From positions 43,214,001 through 43,278,000 of the forward strand of contig OX597835.1 in assembly GCA_951406725.2 (NCBI GenBank): a stretch of DNA of 64,000 nt, in the 5' to 3' direction. Each line of letters begins with the position of its first letter. Position 1 is the first letter of the stretch. This DNA comes from Octopus vulgaris (Eukaryota). Shown in pieces: positions 51,500-64,000 of this stretch. The notes under the pieces are model-generated. The model saw nothing but the letters and a program-made list of their open reading frames with translations. It did not search any database and was not told the DNA's origin. Position numbers and translations under genes: made by a program.

Positions 51500-51843
51500 T
51501 TTATCCTTTCGTTTCAATCACTCGACTGCGGCCATGTTGGAGCACTGCCTTGAAGGGCTTTTTGGGGTCGAACAAATTGACACCAGTTCTTTTTTGTTTG
51601 CTTTTTGTTTTAAGCCCGGTACTTATTCTATCGGCCTCTTTGCCGAACCGCTATGTTATGGGGACGTAAACACACCAACACCCGTTGTCAAGGGGTTCTG
51701 TGAGACACAAAGACACACACAAAAATACATTCATAGAGATATGTATATACGACAGGCTTCTTTCAGTTTCCTCAACCAAATCAACTCAATGCTTTGGTCG
51801 GCCCGAAACTATATTAGAAGACACTTGCCCAAGGTGCCACGCA
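51500..51843 (-). mobile_element. SINE family A, 5'-truncated
   Basis: Homology to 225-555. Confidence 0.75.
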
Positions 51844-52362
51844 TCCATACATGCATAAATACATACATATATATATATGCATATACATACACGCATACAT
51901 GCATAGATATATATGTGTATATATATATATATACATATATACATGTGTGTGTATATGTGTATGTATATATATATATATATATATACACATATATATCTAT
52001 GTATGTATGCGTGTATGTATATGCATATATATATATGTGTGTGTGTGTGTGTATATGTGTATGCATATATATATATGTGTATATATATGTGTTTGTGTGT
52101 ATATATATGTATATATGTATATATGTATATATGTATGTGTGTATATGTGTATGCATATATATATGTATATGCATATATGTGTGTGTGTGTGTGTGTGTGC
52201 ATGGATATGTATGCATCTGTCTGTCGGATTGTCTGTCTTTTTGCCTGTGTGTCCAGCTGGAGAAGTATGAGCGATGTGTGTGTGCGTATGTATAAATACA
52301 TGTGCATGTATGTATGCGTGTCTGTATGAGTCCGTCTGTCTATCTGTCCGTCTGTCTGTCTA

Positions 52363-52404
<42 letters not shown>

Positions 52405-53941
52405 CAGGTGGAGGTTCCTTCACTGTAGAAAAACATGTCAACATAAGGGGAAAGACGGCTATTTAAGAAAGGGAAGGAGAAAAAAAACCCTACTTCTATG
52501 GGCATCGGAATAAAGGAGGAGAGAGGGCGAGTCCCAGGAGCAGCTGGACAGCTTTGAACGGGACCGGGGAAGGAGGACATGGAATATAGGGTTAAGAAGC
52601 AGCCCCCTTTCTTCTTCTTCTTCTTCTTCTTCTTCTTCTTCTTCTTCTTCTTCTTCTTCTTCTTCTTCTTCTTCTTTCTTTCTTTCTTTCTTTTTAGTTT
52701 TATTTTGGGGTTTTTGGGTTTTTTTTGAAGAAGTGTGTGTGGGATTCTGTGAAGCAAACAAAAGGGGAGCAGATATTTAATGATGGAATGATGGAGCGGT
52801 GTGGTTGGTGTAGCGGCGGGGTGGGTGGTGACCTGGTGAGATTAAGGGACGGTGGTCGTGACGGTGGTCGTGGTGGTCGTGATGCAAGGGGTGGTGCAGG
52901 GGGGAGGGAAGAGAATGCGGTGCCGGGTAGTGGCGTTGACCGGTGTTCCCGAACTCGGTCGCGAGAGCGGGGTGCGCGGCGGGTGCCGGTACGGGTGCGG
53001 GTACCCGAGGTGATGGTGCGTGGGGGTCCGCAGAAATGCTACGAAGTGGGATGTGCGCGTGATGTTTTCTTTTTTGTTTTTTTTTTTTGGTGGAGGGGTG
53101 GTTGTCGGTACCCCGGGTGGCGCGGTGGAGAGTTGACTGTGGATAGGGAGGAGGAGGTGAACCGGGGGTGCAGTGAGGCTTTGTGTAGTGGTGGTGGTGG
53201 TGGTGGTGGTGGTGGTGGTGACGGTGGTGGTGACGGTGGCGGTGGAGGTGTTGGGAGAAGGGATCGGTGTTCCGAGGGTGGTGAGGGTGTATGGGGTGGG
53301 GGTTTGCAGAGAGGCTGTGTGGATGCGGTGGATGCGGTGGTTTGTGTAGAGTGCTTCAGGTCATCTGTTTATTGTGAAGAGAGCAACAAAGAGTGATTAG
53401 AGTGAGGGCAAAAGAGGGAGAAGGGGGCCAAATTGTGAGGGTGGGGTAGGGGTTGGTGGAGAGGCGATAGGGGAGAGGAGAATGCTCAGAAAGGGGTCGG
53501 TTATAACAATTGATATTGGAAGGTGGCGAGGGGTAGATGATAGCATTTGTGAGGTGGGAAGTTGGGAGAGAGAGAGAGAAAACGAAAGGAGAGAAGGAGA
53601 ACAGAGAGTGGAGAGCAGAAGGAGGAAGAGGAGGAAGGAGAGATTGGGGTTAGGAAAAGAGAGAGAGGGAAGCGTTAGAATTTAGGAAGGGGACTTGAAA
53701 GAGTAGTGGGAGCAGAGGGAGAGAGGGAGAAGCGGGGAAGGTAAACAAAAGCACGAACCTAGTGGGGTGGGGAGAGGTAAAGGTGCGCGCGCGCGTGTGC
53801 ATGCACATATATATCTATATGTGTATATCTATAAATATGCATATATAAATATACGTATATATATATATATATATATGTGTGTATGTATATGTATATGTGT
53901 GTGTATGTCTATATATATATATATATATATATTTATTTATA

Positions 53942-54720
53942 CAGGCTGCGATGAGTAAATCGTTGCTATTTTATATTCTATTTTCGCGCATGCGCAGTTT
54001 GTGTTTCATTTTGTCGACTACACAGTATAGTAGGGTCAGTTGGGCACTGTCTGTGAGAAAAACAGCTCCATGACGCAATCCACTCTGCCAGAGATCCAGA
54101 AATTTGGAAAAGATTTGTTGTACTGCTTGACATTCGCGCCGGAAGCTGCAATACGAACATTTCAGAGTGTTTGGGTGCCAATCTGAGGACATGTACTGAG
54201 AGTGATGAAAATCAAACATCCAGTCAACATCATGGTGTTTGGAGTGATCACTAGTGATGACAACGTTATGCCTCCATTCATCTTTCCACACGACCTCAGA
54301 CTCAACACGACGCCCTACATCAAGTGCCTGGAAAAGGTAGTCCTACCCTGGGTCAAGAGGATTGCTGCTTGAAAACTCTATGTCTGGCAACAGGACTTTG
54401 CACCATGCCACACAAGCAGGAGAACCCAGTCATGGCTGTCAGACGATTTCTGCGACCACATCACCCCTAACATCTGGCCACCTAACTCCCCAGACTGCAA
54501 CTCCCTTGATTATTATGTGTGGGGAGACCAATAAAACTCTTTGTAACACCAAAGATGAACTGAAGGCAAAGATTATGGCAGCATTCACCAGCTTAAACAA
54601 GGAGAAAATCCAGAAGAGTTGCAGAAGATTCCGAAGTCGTCTGGAGGCTGTGGTTGAAACCAATGAGATGTCCGTGTTATTTTCATTTTTTCATAATTTA
54701 GACGACAGTTTATTCACCGC

Positions 54721-54726
<6 letters not shown>
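53942..54726 (+). mobile_element. Internally deleted copy of the DD37D transposon
   Basis: TA-flanked TIRs; D-x37-D segment DFAPCHTSRRTQSWLSDDFCDHITPNIWPPNSPDCNSLD; homologous to 27044-28904. Confidence 0.85.
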
Positions 54727-54759
<33 letters not shown>

Positions 54760-54774
54760 TATAATTTTTCTTCT

Positions 54775-54811
<37 letters not shown>

Positions 54812-54814
<3 letters not shown>

Positions 54815-54921
54815 CTGCTCGCTTAGCCAGCGGATTGGCGTCGTTCGAAGGCTAAAACAATGCGAACGCATTGTGACCAGCGATTTGTAAGAACATCTGA
54901 TGGTCTGGTCGGTCACGTGAT

Positions 54922-54928
<7 letters not shown>
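54812..54928. mobile_element. Short GC-richer insert in (TA)n, probable retroelement end
   Basis: Bounded by TA tracts; ends GTCACGTGATCACGTGATA. Confidence 0.4.
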
Positions 54929-54952
<24 letters not shown>

Positions 54953-54954
<2 letters not shown>

Positions 54955-55371
54955 AAGAAACTGAGACAAGGTAGAAAATTGCAAAAATAATTTTATCATG
55001 AAATACATTTTGTAACGGTTGGTACCGGTTTCAGTCTTTTCGACTTTTCGACTTTTTCAACTAAGAGTAAAAGAAAGGTGGGAATTAATTAAGAAGAAAA
55101 ACAATCAAATTGAAGGAGAAAGTAAATGAAATGTTTTGTTAATATTTCCATAGTCTTCAAAACTGTCCAACCTATTTGAAGACTATGGAAATATTAGCAA
55201 AACATTTAATTTAGCTTCTTAAATTTAATTGTTTTTCTTCTTAATTAATATCCACCTTTCTTTTACTCTTAGTTGAAAAAGCCGAAAAGACTGAAACCGG
55301 TAACAACCATTACAAAATGTATTTCATGATAAAATTATTTCAGCATTGTCTACCTTGTCTTAGTTTCCTTA
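54953..55371. repeat. ~420-bp imperfect palindrome with an HHR-like motif in each arm
   Basis: ~200-bp arms around a ~13-nt spacer at 55161-55174; motifs at 55019-55064 (-) and 55269-55306 (+). Confidence 0.85.
55269..55306 (+). ncRNA. Hammerhead-like motif with U3-A8 core (UUGAAAA)
   Basis: TTAG-TTGAAAA-AG(C/T)C-GAAAA-GACT-GAAA-CCGGTA; palindrome ACCGGT; weak stem I. Confidence 0.5.
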
Positions 55372-55565
55372 TACATATCAACTTTCAAATTTCTACATAT
55401 ACCCACACATACCTACACATACCTCTTTCTCTCACACTCTCTTGTCTTAGAAATAAATTTTTCTTCACCCATTCCCTTCCGGTCATTTTAAAATGTAATC
55501 ACAAATGAACTGTTGGCGATTTTTTCCTCCGTCTTCCTTTCTATTGGACCATTCCTCTGTCTCCT

Positions 55566-55600
55566 GTTTCTGAAGAAGAGCTGTGCTCGAAACGTAAAAC
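55566..55600 (+). ncRNA. Minimal type I hammerhead ribozyme, canonical core
   Basis: GTTT-CTGAAGA-A-GAGC-TGT-GCTC-GAAA-CGTA-AAAC; palindrome ACGT; lies in a ~200-bp element related to 41066-41275. Confidence 0.8.
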
Positions 55601-56157
55601 CACCTTCCCTTCCTACTCCGAGCGTCTGCTAATACTTTGCATGTACCATGTCCTCGCGTTGTTGTTTTTTCTTGTGTTTTTTCTTCGTTTTGGTGGGGGG
55701 GGGGGGTGAATTACTATATATGTGTGTGTGTATACATACACATACATATATATGTGTGTGTGTGTGTGTGTATGACCATATGTATATGTGTATTTATGTA
55801 CGAATAATCGTGTGTATCTGTGTACATAAGTATGTTAGCATATTTTTTAGCCCTAGGTCCATCTATGACTCAAGGCATTCCAACTATGGCCTCACCATCG
55901 ATTTTAAAAACTCACTACATCTAGAACTATATTTATCCAATATTTATCCTTTGTTAAGGCAGTAATATGTGATTTGAGGGAAATTTAGCTATTCTTTCAA
56001 GCAGGTCATATAGTCTTTGCATAGTTTGTAACAACTCGTTGTGTATAAGTCTATATGTGTTGGTCTATATTTCATATATTTTTTATATACAAATAGACAG
56101 GCACAATAGACAGATAAACAGACGGACAGACGGACAGACATGTAGATGGGGTACTGA

Positions 56158-56565
56158 TTCTCTAATGAGGTTCTAAAAAGAATCGAAACCAGTCAAGACA
56201 ATTTTGTTTTTTCTGTCCACAGAGATAAAAGGATTTCTTTACCTCTCACAATGAAGTTAAACTTGCATTGTATTACCAACGGTATACGTTATATTTTAAA
56301 ATTATCCAATATTTGCTAACTGAATTATTAAATGATTGGTTGATTAATTAACAACGTAACCAATTAATGTATTGTTATGCTAATGAAACAGGCCATTTTT
56401 GTGAGACCTGGTTTGTAGCCACTATAAATAGCCATAGGTATGAGTGACACTGTGGATAGAAGAACAGAGTACTTGTCCTCTGATGAGATTCCAAACAGTA
56501 ACAAAACCGGTCAAGACGGTTTTACTTTTTCCACACTCGGAGAAATAAAAACATTTATTTACAAT
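56158..56565 (+). mobile_element. Old tandem HHR element: two decayed hammerheads 318 bp apart
   Basis: CTAATGA-GGTTCT-AAAA-AGAATC-GAAA-CCAGTC-AAGAC (56162) and GTCCT-CTGATGA-...-AAAA-CCGGTC-AAGAC (56480); similar downstream flanks. Confidence 0.65.
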
Positions 56566-56604
56566 CCACTGCTAAATAGAATTGTCAGACCATCTGGAGA
56601 AAAC

Positions 56605-57430
56605 GCCTTGCGTTGTGAGTTCAAATCCCTCCAAAGTCAATACCTATTTCTTTACTACCCACAAGGGGCTAAACACAGAGGGGACAAACAAGGACAGACA
56701 AACGAATTAAGTCGATTACATCAACCCCAGTGCGTAGCTGGTACTTAATTTAGTCGACCTCGGCGGAATTTGAACTCAGAACGTAACGACTGACGAAATA
56801 CCGCTAAGCATTTCGCCCAGCGTGCTAACGTTTGTGCCAGCTCCCTCCAAAGTCAATACCACCTTCCATTCTTTCGGGAATCGATAAAACAAAGTACCAG
56901 TCAAATAATGGGGTTTGATGGTATCGACTAATTCTCTCCCGACAAGGTTTATGGCCGTCTGCCAAAATTAGAAACCGCCATTATTTAAAGGGAGTTGATT
57001 GACAGAATTGGTTGTGCATTGAAGGAATTGCATTTCGGTATTTCTTCCAGCTTTCATGTTCTGGGATCGAATTCCGCCGTAATCCGCTTTACATTTCATT
57101 CTTTCCGGGTTAATAAAATAAAGTACCATTTCAGAACTAAGGTTGATGGCATCGACTAACCTCTCCACTCAAAACTTTTAGCCTTCTGTTCAAATTAGAG
57201 ACAAACATTGGCTTCAAATTTTGGCACAAGGCTAGCAAGTTAAGTCGATTACAGGGGGTTAAGTCGATTACATCAACCCTAGGGTTCAACTGGTACTTAT
57301 TTTATCGACCCCGAAAGGATGAAAGGAAAAGTCGACCTCGACGGTATTTGAACTCACAACGTAAAGACAAACGAAATGGTGCTAAGCATTTTGCCGGGCG
57401 CTCTAACCATTCTGCCAGCTCACAGCGTTA
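56605..57430. mobile_element. Nested SINE B cluster
   Basis: Minus-strand copy 56643-56842 is flanked by the TSD CCTCCAAAGTCAATACC inside an older plus-strand copy; further copies extend to 57430. Confidence 0.75.
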
Positions 57431-57669
57431 TTAGAGACAAATATTAAAGATTTAGTGTGTGTGTGTTTTGCGATTTACAAATAAAAGGAAAAAGTACCCA
57501 ATTACAGGCTTAGAGTATAGTTATTTATTGTGGTGCTGAAGTCTCTTAGAATAGCTACTCCGAATGTCCGAGTATCGCTAATGGCTTCACTGTTACGTGA
57601 CCTGCATTCTCGCGAGACTCGGAGTTAGAGTAACCAGTACTCAAATCATTAAATAAATAAATATGCAAT

Positions 57670-57710
<41 letters not shown>

Positions 57711-57946
57711 CATTCATACACGTGCACGCGCATAGAGTGCGCGGGTTGGGGTGGGGGGAGACAAACAGACTCAGACAGAGGCAAACAAAGAAACAGAGTG
57801 AAGATATACAGTTATTCGGCCCCAAATAATTTTGTCATGACAAATATACTGGCTGCCAATGCAAGTGTCTCTCTCTCTACCTCTCTGCCCATCTATCTTT
57901 CCGCTTGTTTATCTGTCTCTATGAAAGACGTATCTGTCCGTCTATA

Positions 57947-58062
<116 letters not shown>

Positions 58063-58216
58063 AATCTATATATATATATATAATTAATCAGCCGAAATTA
58101 CTACGATGATCCGGTTCTTGACTGAAGACTGAGGGTTTCGAATGTCCTGTCCGTGTTTATTGTGTCGTCTTCTAAGAGTTATACGTTCTTGTCCATGTTG
58201 TATTTTTCTACATACC

Positions 58217-58250
<34 letters not shown>

Positions 58251-58408
58251 TGTTTGTCTATCTATCTATCTATCTATCACACACTTTCTCTCCCTCTCTC
58301 TCTCTAAATATATGTGTGTGTGTGTATCAATATCTATCTATTACTTATCTATCTATCTATCTATCAGTCCATCCGTCTTTATGTTTGTCCGTCGGTATAT
58401 ATATATAC

Positions 58409-58485
<77 letters not shown>

Positions 58486-58543
58486 TATATTATATATACA
58501 TATATATACATACATATACATATACATACATACACACACACAA

Positions 58544-58591
<48 letters not shown>

Positions 58592-58792
58592 CTTTTATCT
58601 TTTGTTTCTGTCATTAGACTGAGGTCATGCTGGAGCACTGTCTGTATATATATATATATATATATATGGATGGATGCCGTGCCTATCTCTCAGTCTATTT
58701 CTCTCTCTCTCTCTCTCTCTCTCCAGCAACTTTATTCTCTCATCCTTCACCCTCCCCTTCCTTCAACACCTCACTCAACTGTTGTTTACTCC

Positions 58793-58828
<36 letters not shown>

Positions 58829-59104
58829 TTCCTTCTCCTTCTCTGTTTATATTTGACTATTTTGGTGGGTGTGGCTCTGTGTGTGTGTGTGTGTCTCTAC
58901 GCCTGTGTGTCTGTGTGTCCGTGATGTGTCCGTGTGTCGCAATGTCAAAGTAACAATAAAAGTGAGCCAGTAGCAGGGGGGGTGAGGTGGTGGTCAGGTA
59001 GGGGGGGGGTTTCAGCAGCTGCCGTTACATGTGGAGAGTTTGTGGAGGGGGTGAGTTTAAACAATGGCACCGCTATATCGACAATCTACAACGATGCTGG
59101 TATT

Positions 59105-59870
59105 GGCGGTGGTGGTGGTGGTATGGGTGGTGGTGGTGGTGGTGGTGGTGGTGGTGGTGGTGGTGGGTGGTGGTGGTGGTGGTGGTGGTGGTGGGTGGTG
59201 GTGGTGGTGGTGGTGGTGGTGGTGGTGGTGGTGGTGGTGGTGGTGGTATGGGTGGTGGCGGTGGTGGTGGTGGTATGGGTGGTGGTGGGGTGCTTGTGGT
59301 GGTGGCGGTATTGGTGGTGGTGGTGGTGGTGGTAGTACGTGTGGCGGTGGTTGTTGTGGTAGTGGTAGTAGTTGTGATAGTGATGGTGGTGGCGGTGGTG
59401 GTGTTGGTTGTGGTAGTGGTGGTGGTGATAGTGATGGTGGTGGCGGTGGTGGTAGTGGTGGTAGTGGTGGTGGTGGTGGCGGTGGTTGTGGTAGTGGTGG
59501 TGGTTGTGTTGGTAACGGTGATGCGGTCTTGGTAGTTGTAGTCCTGTGGTAGTAGAAGTGATGATTGTGGTGTTGGAGATAGTAATAGTGGTGGTTGAAG
59601 CCGTATTAGTGTGGTGGTTATGATAGATGATAGTAACGGTGATAGTTGTGGAGGTGATGGTTGTTGTGAGTGTAGTGTGGTGGTGGCCCGGTGGTGCTGA
59701 TATAGTGCAGGTGATAGTGGTGGTGGTTGTGGTACTGGCACTGGGTAATGGAGAAGTTGTAGAGTTTGTGTAGTAGTTGTGGTAATGGTATAATGATGGT
59801 GGTAGTATTGGCAGTAGTAGATACAGTCTTGCTGAGAATGTATTGGCGGTTGCAATGTAGTGGTATTTGG
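59105..59870. repeat. (GGT)n and degenerate derivatives
   Basis: Direct reading. Confidence 0.9.
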
Positions 59871-59914
59871 TCGAAGACGGTACCAAACACTCAGTGTACT
59901 TGGTTTGGAATCAG

Positions 59915-60357
<443 letters not shown>

Positions 60358-60359
60358 AC

Positions 60360-60970
60360 GGGAAGTGCAGTATGTGGGGTATTTGTGGGAATGTGTAATT
60401 ATGGGAGTGCGGTGTGTTTGTGGGAGGGCGGCATAGTTGTGGTGAGTTGTGTATTTGAGGAAATGTGGTATGCTTGTGGGGAGCAGGGAGTGTTTGTGGG
60501 AGAATAGCGCATTCGTGGGAATGTTTTTGTCCGGGGGGTGGTGTACTTGTGGGAGAGTGGCGTGTTTGTGGGAATGTGCTTGCGCGCGGGAGTGTGGTGT
60601 ATTTGTGGGAGGGCAGTGTAGTTGTGGGAATGTGATGTGCTTATGGGAGAGTGGCATGCCTATGGGAGAGTTGTGCATTTGTGGGAATGTGGTGTGTTTA
60701 TGGGCAGTGGACAGTGTTTGTGGGAGAATAGTGTATTTGTGGGAATGCCTTTTATGCTATAATAGTGTAGTGTATTTGTGGGAGAGTAGTGTGTTTGTGA
60801 GAATGTGGAGTGTTTGTGATAGGATAGTGTATTTGGGGAAGAGTGGCGTCTTTGTGGGAGTGCGCTGTTTTGTGGGAGTGCGCTGTTTTGTGGGAGTGCG
60901 CTGCTTTGCGGGAGTGCGCTGCTTTGTAGGAGTGCGCTGCTTTGCGGGAGTGCGCTGCTTTGTGGGAGTG
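60360..60970. repeat. 18-20-bp minisatellite
   Basis: TTTGTGGGAGTGCGCTGC; near-perfect at 60851-60970. Confidence 0.85.
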
Positions 60971-61247
60971 TAGAGTGTGTGATGAAGTACATCTAGGATT
61001 ATGAGTTCCTGTTGGATGTTGTGTCTGTGGAATGTCTTTTGTGGGGTGGTGAATCTGTGGGACGACGCTTCCACGTGGGTTGGACTGTCTACCGTAGAAG
61101 AAATGATGCCTGGAATGTGAGATGAGATGATAATGTCGTATGAGGAATGGGAGGAGGCGTAAGGATCTGTGGTATGTGGGTGCAGTAGTTGTTTCTGTAA
61201 TATAACACGATGGACTAATTGTTGTTGTGATGGTGGTAGTAGTAGTT

Positions 61248-61281
<34 letters not shown>

Positions 61282-62129
61282 CTATAATCTTGCTAAGAAT
61301 GTAATGCCGGTCACATGTAATGGTACTTCACTTGGAACCAAATGCGTGTGTGTGTGTACGTGCGTGCGTGTGTGTGTGTATGTGTGTGAGTGGGTGTGTG
61401 GTGTGGCGGGAAATGCTGTGTGCTTGTGGGAATGTCTTGTGCCGATGGGACTGGCGCATTTATGGAAGTGCAGTGCATTTGGGAGTGAGTTAATCGACGC
61501 TGTGTTGATCTTTGTGTGGGATATTCTGCGGTCGTTGCTGTGCGCGATCTTGCGGTGGTGTTGTTAGGTGGTTATTGTTAGTTATCTACGATGTTGTGAG
61601 TGCTATGTTGTTAGATGTCTGTGATATTGCGAAGTGGTTGTTGTTAATTGCGTGTGGTGTTTACGTTGATGGTTGTGTAAAGAATTGTGAGGTGGCTGTT
61701 GTTAGATGGTCATGTGTAATATGTAGCGATGTGTAGATGGTTATATGAGATCTGTGGTGTTGTGTTGTTGGTTGTGAGGAGTGTTGCGTTGCGCGTGCGA
61801 TGTTGTTGTATATGCTATCGTTAGGGTGTGCTATGTTGTGTATGGTGTCGTGTCGTTGGTGGTGTGTGATGTTGTGACAGCAGCCTTTCTAGCGAAGAAT
61901 GTTCTGGGGGAAGTAGATTGTTGTAATGTTAGGAGTGTGTTGGCAATGGCGGAGAAATAGAGCACGAGAAGTGGACGAGAGAGGGAGAGAGAGAGTAAGG
62001 AGGAGTGGGGCTGAAAGAATGAGAGGGAAGTCAGATGAGGGAAACGAAGGATGGAGGAAGGAGAATGCAGATGCGCGAAGGAAGGTGAAGCTGGACAAGG
62101 AAGTGTGAGGCTGAGTGAAAGAGAATAAT

Positions 62130-62485
62130 GCTGGATGAAGGAGAGTAAAGCCGGACGAGGGAGAGTAGAGCTGGACGAAGATGGGGAAGCCTGGATGAAG
62201 GAGAGTAGGGCCAGACGAGAGAGAGTAGAGCTGGACGAAAGTGGGGAAGGCTGGATGAAGGAGAGCAGGGCTAGACGAGGGAGAGTAGAGGTGAAAGAAG
62301 GCGGGGAAGTCTAGATGGAGGAGAGTAGGGCCAGACGAGGGAGAGTAGAGGTGGAAGAAGGCGGGGAAGCCTAGATGGAGGAGAGTAGGGCCAGACGAGG
62401 GAGAGTAGAGGTGGTAGAAGGCGGGGAAGCCTAGATGGAGGAGAGTAGGGCCAGACGAGGGAGAGTAAATTTGGACGAAGGTGGA
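62130..62485. repeat. 60-bp tandem repeat built from three 20-bp subunits
   Basis: Successive 60-nt lines 62161-62460 are nearly identical. Confidence 0.9.
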
Positions 62486-63184
62486 GGAGGATGAATGAAT
62501 AAGGGAAAGTAATTTGTTATCGAGGAATTAATAATATAATAGTAAAAAAAAAAGAAAAAGAAAAATAACAAGGTGCTGGTGGCGGTGGCGGAGGGGGGGA
62601 CAACTGATAAGAGCGTGCGGAGTGGTAAGGGGAGATAATTTGAAGGAGTTGGAACGGGAAGACAAAGCGAAGGCGGTGGTGGCGGCGGCGGCGGTGGCTG
62701 TGGTGGCAGTGGTTGGTGGTGGTGGTGGTGGCGGCGGCGGCGGCGGCGGTGGTGTTGGTGATGGTGGTGGTGGCGGTGGCGGTGGTGGTGGTGGTGGCGG
62801 TGGTTGGTAGTGGTGGTGGTGGTGGCGGCGACGGTGGTGGTGGCGGTGATGGTAGTGATGGTGGTGGTGGTGGTGGTCATAATCATCGTCTTGATGGCGA
62901 TCGCTGTGGTTAAATCTGAATCAGTATGCGTATATCAGGGACAAAATTTGTGTGGATGTAAAAGGCTGTATCTGAATATTTATGTATGTACGTATGTATG
63001 CATGTGCATATGTATGTATATGTGTGTATGAGTGTGTATGTGTGTATATATATGTGTGCATATGGATGCGTGTATTATTAAAGACAAGAATCACGCCCCC
63101 ATTTTAAGGATATTTTTGTAATATGCTATTAATGAGATAATTACTGTAGTTCTTTATGTTTGCAAACAAAAGCTTTTCCAAAGT

Positions 63185-63228
63185 CCATCGACGTTTCAAG
63201 AATTTCCAAGGTTTTGTCTTCGGGCTGA
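63185..63228 (-). ncRNA. Degenerate hammerhead motif (CCGAAGA core)
   Basis: Reverse strand TCAGC-CCGAAGA-CAAAACC..TTCTT-GAAA-CGTC-GATGG; stems imperfect. Confidence 0.4.
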
Positions 63229-63449
63229 GGCTATTTAAATAAATCACTGGTTTCTCGAGTGTGAGGCTAAAACAAATAATTTAATTTTTTCATCGACCTC
63301 GCTCCCAAAAATGCGTTATGCATGCAAATCAATAAATCCGAGTTACCAGGCTAATGATGTATTTATAATCAGCGTCTTCACGTTCAGTTAAAGACACTGA
63401 TGAACAGCTGTTGTCTCTGTGTTGTTGGTTTACTTTTTTATATATGCAG

Positions 63450-63855
63450 ATTCCACAGCCTCAAACAGAAGATTCTACAACCCTAGCAACAGATACCACA
63501 GCTCCTAACAACAGAATGTGCAACCCTTAGCAACAGATACTAGCAACAGATATTGAAACCTCTACCAATGGATAATACACCCCCTTACAACATAAACTAG
63601 AGCCCCTAGGAACAAATACTATAGCTCCTAGCAACAGATACTACAGCCCCTAGCAACAGAAACTACTACCCCTAGCAACAGGCACAACAGCCCCTAATAA
63701 CAACAACAGACTCTGAAATTTCCAGAAACAAATCGCCACAGCCAGACTACTTTCTTAATCACAGATACTACAGCCCCTAGCAACAGAAACTACTGTCCCT
63801 AGCAACAGACACTGCAGTCCCTAGCAACAAATACTATAGCCCCCTAGCAACACAG
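63450..63855. repeat. 22-bp minisatellite
   Basis: CCCCTAGCAACAGATACTACAG units. Confidence 0.85.
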
Positions 63856-64000
63856 TCAGAGTTGTTACCGTGCTACTATAGATCGGACTCATCGCTTTAT
63901 TCTATATTTAATAAATTTTAATGCTAGAGTTATCTGCCCACCTTCCTTTAATGACGATAATTAATCATTATTGTTTCCTGTTCACTGCAGATGTAACTTT

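Noticed and set aside
60851-62485. Regular repeats superficially like CRISPR arrays
   Set aside because: Tandem units without unique spacers, no cas genes, eukaryotic context.

Overview
Repeat-saturated eukaryotic DNA. The SINE families and the extreme microsatellite load suggest an octopus/cephalopod genome (inference, not verified). No intact host protein-coding gene is recognisable. Almost all ORFs in the track are microsatellite artefacts or decayed transposon pieces. Contents: two Penelope-like element (PLE) copies, Tx1/L1-, RTE-, CR1- and R4/Dong-type LINE fragments, DD37D and mariner DNA transposons, hAT- and Merlin-like MITEs, three tRNA-SINE families and several minisatellites. The main hidden signal is about 15 type I hammerhead ribozyme (HHR) motifs, four with a fully canonical core (12222-12267, 18919-19012, 19888-19961, 55566-55600). 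They sit in short (200-460 nt) non-coding elements, mostly inserted in (TA)n tracts. They show family-specific palindromic stem III sequences, recurrent non-canonical cores (CCGANGA, CUGUAGA, UUGAAAA), partial tandem and circularly permuted copies, and fold-back ends. This looks like a diverse PLE-dependent retrozyme system. All folds were worked out by eye, and repeat boundaries are approximate.
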